A stretch of 37,964 nt of DNA from Candidatus Eiseniibacteriota bacterium (GTDB taxonomy: Bacteria > Eisenbacteria > RBG-16-71-46 > DASYSL01): NCBI GenBank assembly GCA_046598045.1, contig JBKJJJ010000087.1, positions 1 to 37,964 on the forward strand, read 5' to 3'. Positions 23,231 to 29,869 of the stretch are shown piece by piece. Within the stretch, counting starts at the first letter, position 1, and each line of letters starts with the position of its first letter. The notes under the pieces were generated by a model. The model was not told the DNA's origin, ran no database searches, and saw only the letters and a program-made list of their open reading frames with translations. The position numbers and the translations under genes are program-made.

Positions 23231-24567
23231 CAGGCCTCCCTCCGGGCGGGCGGCAGGTCCGTCGCCTCGTCGCCGGCCTGGGTCTCGCGCAACACCGGGA
23301 AGCGGCCGCCGCGCACCAGGCCCTCGAGCGCGGCCACGACGCCGGCGTCGAACTGCGTGCCCGAGTGTTTCGCGAGTTCGCCCACCGCACGCTCGGATGG
23401 CATCGCGCGGCGATACGGGCGATCGGAGGTCATGGCATCGAATGCGTCCGCGACCATGACGATGCGCGCGCCGAGCGGGATGTCGTCGCCGCGCAGGCCG
23501 CACGGGTAGCCGAGTCCGTCCGGGCGTTCGTGGTGGTTCTTGACGATATCCGAGGCGCGACGGAGCGCGCGCACCTTCGCCACGATCGCCGCCCCTTCGG
23601 CCGGGTGGGCGCGCATCGTCGACTGCTCCTCGAGCGAGAGCCGCCCGGGCTTCTGCAGGATGTACTGGTACTGGCGGCCGACCTTGCCCAGGTCGTGGAG
23701 CAACGCGCCGTACTCGAGGTCCTGCACCGAGCGTTCGGACATGCCCATCGCGCGCGCGAGGCGCTTGGAGTACTCGGCCACGCGCACCGAGTGCTGGCGC
23801 GTGTAGGGATCGACCTCCTCCAGCACCTCGGCGAGCGCGCGCACGAACTCGAGCAGGTCCTGCTTCATCTCGAAGTAGCGGCGGAACGACAGGCTCGCGA
23901 GCAGGATCGGCAGGACGAACAGCGCGAGCGCCCACGGCCCCAGGCGGAAGAAAGCCACCGCCGACACGCCGCCGAGCAGGAGGTAGCTCAGGTGATGGAG
24001 CGCGGTGACGAAGAAATTGACCTGGAAGATGCGCCACGCCGAGGGCCCGCCCGTGAGCGCGAGCACGAGCGACAGTCCGAGCCCGTTGACCAGAAAGTAG
24101 GTGAGCGCGCAGGCGACGAGCGCCGGCAGGTCCGCCGGCAGGTCGATCCGGCCGACGTGCCCGCCGAGCAGCGCGAACACGAACGCCGTGGCCGAGATCA
24201 TCACGACGTAGAGCGCGGCGTTGAACAGCACGCGCACCGGGGGCTTCCGGCGGAACACGCCCTGCCCGAGCACGGTTCCGACCACGTTCAGGAGCGCGGT
24301 CCACGGACCACCGAACACCAAGAGCGCGGCGAAATCGAGGCTCGCCCCCGTGGTGACGAAGCCGCCTCCCGGCATGCGCACGGGGACGAGGTCGGCCGCG
24401 ATCATGAGCCCGAGCGTGAGCGCGAGGCCGAACCAGTGCGGGTGCGACAGGGCGGGGAGACTCTTGCCGAGGTAGAGCAGCGCGCCGAGGACGACGAGCC
24501 CATAATACGGGACGAACAGGGGGTGCCGCGCGGGGGTGGGAGTGCCGGCTTGCGCGCCGTGTTCCAT
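23230..24567 (-). CDS. Membrane-integral HD-GYP cyclic-dinucleotide phosphodiesterase with a multi-TM sensor domain
   Basis: About 7-8 hydrophobic segments followed by HSVRVA, LLHDLGK and HHERPDGLGYP...IPLGARIVMVADAFDAMTSDRPYR. Start taken as ATG 24567. Confidence 0.92.
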   Translation of the reverse strand: MEHGAQAGTPTPARHPLFVPYYGLVVLGALLYLGKSLPALSHPHWFGLALTLGLMIAADLVPVRMPGGGFVTTGASLDFAALLVFGGPWTALLNVVGTVLGQGVFRRKPPVRVLFNAALYVVMISATAFVFALLGGHVGRIDLPADLPALVACALTYFLVNGLGLSLVLALTGGPSAWRIFQVNFFVTALHHLSYLLLGGVSAVAFFRLGPWALALFVLPILLASLSFRRYFEMKQDLLEFVRALAEVLEEVDPYTRQHSVRVAEYSKRLARAMGMSERSVQDLEYGALLHDLGKVGRQYQYILQKPGRLSLEEQSTMRAHPAEGAAIVAKVRALRRASDIVKNHHERPDGLGYPCGLRGDDIPLGARIVMVADAFDAMTSDRPYRRAMPSERAVGELAKHSGTQFDAGVVAALEGLVRGGRFPVLRETQAGDEATDLPPARREA

Positions 24568-24712
24568 CCGGTGGAAGTTCCCTCTCGGGCCTCGTGCCTG
24601 AAGGCGCGCGCCGCGAGGGCGCGCCGAAACAAAATGTGAGACCGACACCAACCTGGGGCATGTGACGCGTTGGGGGGCTCAGCCGAACTGGATCACCCCG
24701 AACACGAGATGA

Positions 24713-24850
24713 CTACCAGCCAGCCTTGCCGTCGGTGCGATCCCAGCCGCCCTTACCATCCGTCGGCTGCAGATCCCAACCACCTTTGCCGTCGTTGAGA
24801 TCGAGGATCTCTCCGGCCAGCTCCTCCAGCAGCATCAAGAAGTTCATCAT
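24713..24850 (-). CDS. Unannotated 45-aa peptide MMNFLMLLEELAGEILDLNDGKGGWDLQPTDGKGGWDRTDGKAGW (leader plus three DGK[G/A]GW repeats)
   Basis: Strong RBS GGGGAGGTG 8 nt before the ATG; TAG at 24713-24715. The repeats are conserved as amino acids but use different synonymous codons. Co-oriented between two genes. Confidence 0.8.
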   Translation of the reverse strand: MMNFLMLLEELAGEILDLNDGKGGWDLQPTDGKGGWDRTDGKAGW

Positions 24851-24952
24851 GGTGAGAACACCTCCCCTGAACTGCGTAACAAGTGTGAGAGTCAGGACGA
24901 CTCCCAGCTTCGTGGGTTGGCGCTCCGCTTGTGAACTTCGCTTCGCTTCGCC

Positions 24953-25750
24953 TTACGTCGATGTCGGTCTCAACTCGTACTCCACGGGCTCGCGGGACCG
25001 AAGGCCGCCGAGCACGCGGTTGACCGCAGAGAGCGTCGCATAGACCACCGACTGGGCCACGTCTTGTTCCACCGTGCACGACCCGACAAGCGTCTTTTCG
25101 GAGCGCTGGGCGAGCAACTTGACGGTGACCACCACCACTTCCTGACGGCCGAGCCGCACGATTTCGACTTCGTGCGGGGCGAGCGTGACGTCATCGCCCA
25201 GGTACGGCACGAGCGCGTTGATGGTCGCGCTCGAGATCAGGCGATACGCGTTGTCGCGCGCCGAAGCTCCGGTCGCGTTGCCGAGGCGGGTCATCCCCTG
25301 CCACGAGAGCTCGACCTGGGCCTGCGTGCGCAACCCGCTCACGAACAGGTTCGCGGAGAGGAAGCGCACGCGCAAGCCGGTTGCCGCGGACGACGGGTCC
25401 GGACGCGTCACCGGGTGCTCCACGAGCGACGGTGGCGTCGCCGCGCGGGGCGGGGGCTCGGGCGCGCGGCTCGCCCCGTTGGGCGGGACCGGCGCAGCCC
25501 CCGCAGTCGGTTCCGGAGCCGGACCTGGCTCCTGTAACGCGACCGAGATCATGCGATGATCGATCGGCCGCTTCAAGAACGCTTTGAGCGAGGTCTCGAC
25601 GTCGCGGACGATGTTCTTGGGCGAGCGCGTCGAAACCGCGACGATGTGAATCTCTTTGATGGTATCCCCGTCCGTGGTGATCGAAGCGGCCTTGACATCC
25701 CTGAGCTGGCAGAGAATCCGCTCAGCTTCGGCCACCCACGAGGCCGACAA
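24953..25750 (-). CDS. Conserved hypothetical two-domain protein with a Pro/Ala-rich linker
   Basis: N-domain EIHIVAVSTRSPKNIVRDVET...IDHRMISVA, PEPP-rich linker, C-domain AQVELSWQG...ATINAL...ATLSAVNR. Start is TTG 25750 or in-frame CTG 25762. Confidence 0.8.
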   Translation of the reverse strand: MSASWVAEAERILCQLRDVKAASITTDGDTIKEIHIVAVSTRSPKNIVRDVETSLKAFLKRPIDHRMISVALQEPGPAPEPTAGAAPVPPNGASRAPEPPPRAATPPSLVEHPVTRPDPSSAATGLRVRFLSANLFVSGLRTQAQVELSWQGMTRLGNATGASARDNAYRLISSATINALVPYLGDDVTLAPHEVEIVRLGRQEVVVVTVKLLAQRSEKTLVGSCTVEQDVAQSVVYATLSAVNRVLGGLRSREPVEYELRPTST

Positions 25751-25819
25751 TTCCGAGGACAGGGAACCGATCCTCCTTCCTAATCTAACACGATGTTTAT
25801 ATCGGGGGAAAACGCAGGG

Positions 25820-25848
25820 AGTCTAGCACACCGCCGGCCACCGGACAA
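25820..25848 (-). promoter_or_regulatory. Sigma70-type promoter (extended -10) for the hypothetical/peptide/HD-GYP unit
   Basis: TTGTCC-N17-TAGACT with TG just upstream of the -10 (TGCTAGACT), in the gap after the PfkB gene. Confidence 0.55.
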
Positions 25849-25869
25849 CCGCCGGCGGCGGCCCTAAGT

Positions 25870-26793
25870 TCAAGCGGGCCAGAGCGGTTCGGGCGGGCAG
25901 TGCATGGTCTGCAGCACCGCGTCCACCCGCCGGGCGATGGTGTCCCGGCTGGCCTCGCGCAGGAGCGCCGGCGAGAAGCCTTCGACCGCGATCGAAGCCA
26001 GGGCAGTGCCGACCACCATCGCGCGCCGGAACTGCATCGGGTGGGTCCCGCCCGTCGCGTCGAGGTACCCGAGGAACCCGCCCGCGAACGTGTCCCCCGC
26101 CCCGGTCGGGTCGAGCGGGTTCTCGAGCGCGAACGCCGGCGTGAAGAAGCGATCCTCGCGGTCGAACAGCGCCGCGCCATGCTCGCTCTTCTTGATCACC
26201 AGCCGCTTCGCCCCCATGTCGTGGAGCCTGCGCGCCGCGCGCGGCAGCGACCAGTCGCCGGCGAGCAGCTTGACCTCCTCGTCGTTGAGCAGGACCACGT
26301 CGACCCGGCGCATGAGCTCGACCAACGCGTCCTTCTTCGAGGAGATCCAGTAGTTCATGGTGTCGAACACGGTCAGGCGCGGATTCTCGACCTGCGAGAG
26401 GACCTCGAGCTGGAGCTCGGGATCGATGTTCGCGAGAAAGACGGTCGAGCACTTGCGCTGCTCGGGCGTGAGCACCGGGTGGAAGGTCTCGAACACGTTG
26501 AGTTCGGTCGAGAGCGTCTTCCGGCCGTTGAGGTCATCCGTGTATTCGCCCGCCCAGCGGAAGGTCTTGCCGGGCTTGGTCTCGAGGCCCTCGAGGTGCA
26601 CGCGGTCGATCTCGAGCATGGCGCGGTGCTTCGCGGGGAAGTCCTCGCCCACGACCGCGACCACGTGCACGTCGGTGAAGTGCCGCGCCGCGAGCGCGAA
26701 GTACGACGCCGAGCCGCCGAGCGTGTCCTCGGCGGACCCCCGGGGCGTGTAGATCGTATCGAGCGCGACCGAACCGACCACGACGATGCTCAC
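25870..26793 (-). CDS. PfkB-family carbohydrate/nucleoside kinase
   Basis: VVGSVALD, LGGSASY, LNDEE, DPTGAGDTFAGG; GTG start at 26793. Confidence 0.92.
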   Translation of the reverse strand: MSIVVVGSVALDTIYTPRGSAEDTLGGSASYFALAARHFTDVHVVAVVGEDFPAKHRAMLEIDRVHLEGLETKPGKTFRWAGEYTDDLNGRKTLSTELNVFETFHPVLTPEQRKCSTVFLANIDPELQLEVLSQVENPRLTVFDTMNYWISSKKDALVELMRRVDVVLLNDEEVKLLAGDWSLPRAARRLHDMGAKRLVIKKSEHGAALFDREDRFFTPAFALENPLDPTGAGDTFAGGFLGYLDATGGTHPMQFRRAMVVGTALASIAVEGFSPALLREASRDTIARRVDAVLQTMHCPPEPLWPA

Positions 26794-26801
26794 CGCTCCC
26801 C

Positions 26802-28451
26802 CTACATCCGCTCCGGGGCCGAAACCCCGAGCAAGGCCAGCCCGTTGGCAATCACCTGCTGCGCGCCGCGCGCCAGCAGGAGTCTCGCCCCCGAGAGTTC
26901 GGCATCGTCCGTCACCACCCGGTGCTGGTGGTAGAACTGGTGGAACGCCGCCGCCACCTGCGCCAGGAATGCCGGCAGGCGCTGCGGCTCCTGCGCCTCG
27001 GCCGCGCCCTTGACCGTGTCCGGAAACTGGGCGAGCAGCCGCATCAGCTCCCGCTCCTCGGGCTCGCCCAGCTTCGCAACCGCCGCCCGGCGCGCGTCCG
27101 CGCCGGCCGGAGGGACGAGCCCCTTCTCGGCGGCCACGCGGACCAGGCTCGCGATCCGGGCATGCGCGTACTGGACGTAATAGCACGGATTGTCGTTCGA
27201 TTGCTCGCGCGCGAGATCGAGATCGAAATCCAGGTGCGCCGACGTCGAGCGCATGAGGAAGAAATACTTCGCCGCGTCCGCGCCCACGTCCTCGAGCAGG
27301 TCGGACAGCGTGATGAACTCGCCGGCGCGCTTCGACATCTTGACCAGCTCGCCCTTCGAGAGCAAGCGCACGAACTGCACGATCGTGACCGCGAAGAATC
27401 CCTTCGGCAGCCCGAGCGCCTCGAGCGCCGCGGCGACCCGCGCGATGTGCCCGTGGTGATCCGGCCCCCACAGGTCGAGCGCGCGCCCGTAACCGCGCGA
27501 CGCCTTGTCGCGATGGTATGCGATGTCGGCCAGGTAGTACGAGGGCTCGCCGTTCTGCCGCACCAGCACGCGGTCCTTCTCGTCGCCGAATACACTCGAG
27601 CGGAACCAGGTCGCGCCGTCCAGCTCATAGACGTGGCCGCGCTCGGTGAGGTCGGCGAGCGTCTTCGTGAGCGCGCCGCCCTCGTGCAGCGTCGACTCGC
27701 GATACCAGCGATCGAACGTCACCCCGTACGCGGCCAGGTCCCTCTGCTGCCCGGTGAGCATGCGCTCGAGCGCGAAGTCCCGGAACCAGCGCGCGTCCCC
27801 CTGGGCGAGCGCCGCCTTGCCCTCGGCCTCGGGCACGGCGGCCGCGAGGTCAACGATGTACGCGCCCTGGTATCCGTCCTCGGGGAAGTCGGCGGGCAGC
27901 CCGAGCCGCTCGCGGAAGCGCGCGGCGACCGAGGCGCCGAGCAGGTCGACCTGGCGGCCCGCGTCGTTGACGTAGAACTCGGCGTCGGCCCCGATGCCCG
28001 CGGCGCGGTAGAGCCGCACGAGCGCGGCGCCGACCGCGCCGGCCCGGGCGTTGACCACGTTCATCGGACCGGTCGGGTTTGCGCTCACGAACTCGACGAG
28101 CACGGGCGCCGTGCCGGCCGAGGGCCACGTGCCATAGACATCGCCGCGCTCGAGGATCTCGAGCAGTTCGCGGCGCAGCGCATCGGTGGAGAGGCGGAAA
28201 TTGACGAAACCGGGACCGGCGATCGACGTGGACTCGATCAGGGTCGAGTCCTTCGGCAGCGCGGCGAGCAGCGCCTGCGCGACCTCGCGCGGCGGGCGGC
28301 CGACTTTCTTCGCGAGGACGAGCGCGACGTTGCTGGCGTAATCGCCGTGATCGGCCTGGCGTGGGACCTCGAGCGGCACTCCCTCGTCCACGCTCCAGCC
28401 GTTCGCCTTCAGCGCCTCGGTCAGCGCCTCACGCAGGGCGGGTGTCAGCAA
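26802..28451 (-). CDS. argS: Arginine--tRNA ligase
   Basis: HGDYASN, AGPGFVNF, EFVSANPTGP, YVNDAGRQ, KMSKRAG, YVQYAHARI. Confidence 0.96.
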   Translation of the reverse strand: MLTPALREALTEALKANGWSVDEGVPLEVPRQADHGDYASNVALVLAKKVGRPPREVAQALLAALPKDSTLIESTSIAGPGFVNFRLSTDALRRELLEILERGDVYGTWPSAGTAPVLVEFVSANPTGPMNVVNARAGAVGAALVRLYRAAGIGADAEFYVNDAGRQVDLLGASVAARFRERLGLPADFPEDGYQGAYIVDLAAAVPEAEGKAALAQGDARWFRDFALERMLTGQQRDLAAYGVTFDRWYRESTLHEGGALTKTLADLTERGHVYELDGATWFRSSVFGDEKDRVLVRQNGEPSYYLADIAYHRDKASRGYGRALDLWGPDHHGHIARVAAALEALGLPKGFFAVTIVQFVRLLSKGELVKMSKRAGEFITLSDLLEDVGADAAKYFFLMRSTSAHLDFDLDLAREQSNDNPCYYVQYAHARIASLVRVAAEKGLVPPAGADARRAAVAKLGEPEERELMRLLAQFPDTVKGAAEAQEPQRLPAFLAQVAAAFHQFYHQHRVVTDDAELSGARLLLARGAQQVIANGLALLGVSAPERM

Positions 28452-28821
28452 TCTCGATCTTCCGCGCGTCGCCCCACAGGCGCTCGAGCAGGTAGTACTC
28501 GCGGGTGCGCTCGTGGAACACGTGGACCACGACGTCGATGTAGTCGAGCAGCATCCACTGGCGGCCCTCGCGGCCCTCGGCGTGCCAGGGCTTGGGGCCC
28601 TTGGCCTCGCGCAGGCTGTCCTCGATGTGGTCGGCGATGGCCTTGACCTGCACCTCGGACGCGGCGGAGACGATCACGAAGTAGTCGCTCACGGCCTGCA
28701 GTTCGCGGAGGTCGAGCAGCACGGGATCGCTCGCCTTCTTGTCGAGGGCGAGGCGGACGGCATCCTGGGCAAGCGCCAGGCCGTCGCCGGTACGGGGCGG
28801 GCGGGTCACGAGATCGCTCAA
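28429..28821 (-). CDS. rsfS: Ribosome silencing factor RsfS (Iojap)
   Basis: ALDKKA, SDYFVIVSA, WMLLDYIDVVVHVF, REYYLLERLWGDA; start is TTG 28821 or GTG 28809. Confidence 0.93.
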   Translation of the reverse strand: MSDLVTRPPRTGDGLALAQDAVRLALDKKASDPVLLDLRELQAVSDYFVIVSAASEVQVKAIADHIEDSLREAKGPKPWHAEGREGRQWMLLDYIDVVVHVFHERTREYYLLERLWGDARKIEIADTRPA

Positions 28822-29795
28822 CTCAGGCGCGCGATGGCGTAGGAGATGGACGCGTCGAGCGCATCCTTGATCGACGAGGCGGGCTCGGGCGCGAGCGCGC
28901 GCCGGGCCTTCTTCGCATAGTCCTGCGCACGACCGGTCGCATAGGCGATCGAACCGTTGCGCTCGAGGATGCCGACCAGCTCCACCCACTCGGCGGGATC
29001 GAGCTGCTTCTTGTCGATCAGTGCCGCCACCCGCTTGCCGTCCTTGCCGCCCGTCGTGAGCGCGTGAATCAGCGGGAGCGTGATCTTGCCGCTCTCGAGG
29101 TCGCCGCCGACGCCCTTGCCGGTCGACGCGGGGTCGCCCACGAAGTCGAACAGGTCGTCGGTGATCTGGAATGCCATGCCCACGTGGTCTCCGAAATCCC
29201 GGAAGCGCTTGACGCGCGCCTTGTCCTTCGCCTTGCCGTTGACCGATGCGCCGATCTGGCATGCGCCCGCGATGAGCGAGGCGGTCTTGGCGCGAATCAC
29301 GTCGAGATACTGCGCCTCGGTGACCGCGACGTCGTCTTCGTGCTCGAACTCGAGCGCCTCGCCGATGGTCATCTGGTGGCTGACACGGGCGAGGATCTCC
29401 ATCGCCGGGTGCAGCTCCTCGTCGACCATCTTGGTGAACGCCTTGGAATAGAGGAAGTCGCCGATGATGATCGCGACCTCGTCGTTCCACAGGTGGTTGA
29501 CCGTCGGCAGGCCCCTCCGCAGCAGGCTCTTGTCGACGGAGTCGTCGTGAATCAGCGCGGCGGCGTGGATGATCTCCACCACGCACGCAGCCGCGACGAC
29601 GTCCCGATCGGCCTTGCCGGCCAGTCGCGCCACGAGCAGCAATAGCGTCGGACGGAACTTCTTCCCGCGCGTGGCGAGAAAATGTCCCGCGACCTGGTTG
29701 ATGATTCCGATCGGCGACCGAAAAAGCGACGCGAGCTGGCGATCCACCTGCGCCAGCTCGCGACGCACCGGTCCCTGTACCCGGCTCCAATCCAT
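28818..29795 (-). CDS. Polyprenyl diphosphate synthase (IspB/HepT-like)
   Basis: GKKFRP, first DDxxD (IHDDSVD..LRRG), KTASL, second DDxxD (FQITDDLFD), GKITLP; ATG 29795. Confidence 0.93.
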   Translation of the reverse strand: MDWSRVQGPVRRELAQVDRQLASLFRSPIGIINQVAGHFLATRGKKFRPTLLLLVARLAGKADRDVVAAACVVEIIHAAALIHDDSVDKSLLRRGLPTVNHLWNDEVAIIIGDFLYSKAFTKMVDEELHPAMEILARVSHQMTIGEALEFEHEDDVAVTEAQYLDVIRAKTASLIAGACQIGASVNGKAKDKARVKRFRDFGDHVGMAFQITDDLFDFVGDPASTGKGVGGDLESGKITLPLIHALTTGGKDGKRVAALIDKKQLDPAEWVELVGILERNGSIAYATGRAQDYAKKARRALAPEPASSIKDALDASISYAIARLS

Positions 29796-29840
29796 TCCTT
29801 GTTTTGTGTCTCCATGGGGGTTCGAGGGAAGCCGAGCGGA

Positions 29841-29869
29841 AGAATATCGGCCCCCACCCGGGGTGTCAA
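29841..29869 (-). promoter_or_regulatory. Sigma70-type promoter for the polyprenyl synthase-rsfS-argS-pfkB operon
   Basis: Consensus TTGACA followed by N17 and TATTCT, 46 nt upstream of ATG 29795. Confidence 0.7.

Noticed and set aside
24603..24625. GC hairpin upstream of the HD-GYP gene as an intrinsic terminator
   Set aside because: No U-tract follows the stem on either strand.
24726..25079. Track ORFs 24726-25043 (+) and 24753-25079 (-) over the peptide locus
   Set aside because: Neither has a convincing RBS and both overlap the 265-aa gene. The SQPPLPS repeats in the plus ORF are the antisense image of DGKGGWD.
28818..29795. Polyprenyl synthase as a ComQ-like Trp prenyltransferase for the Trp-ending peptide
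   Set aside because: It has both canonical DDxxD motifs, lies 4 kb away and heads a housekeeping operon with rsfS and argS. A quinone side-chain synthase is the simpler reading.
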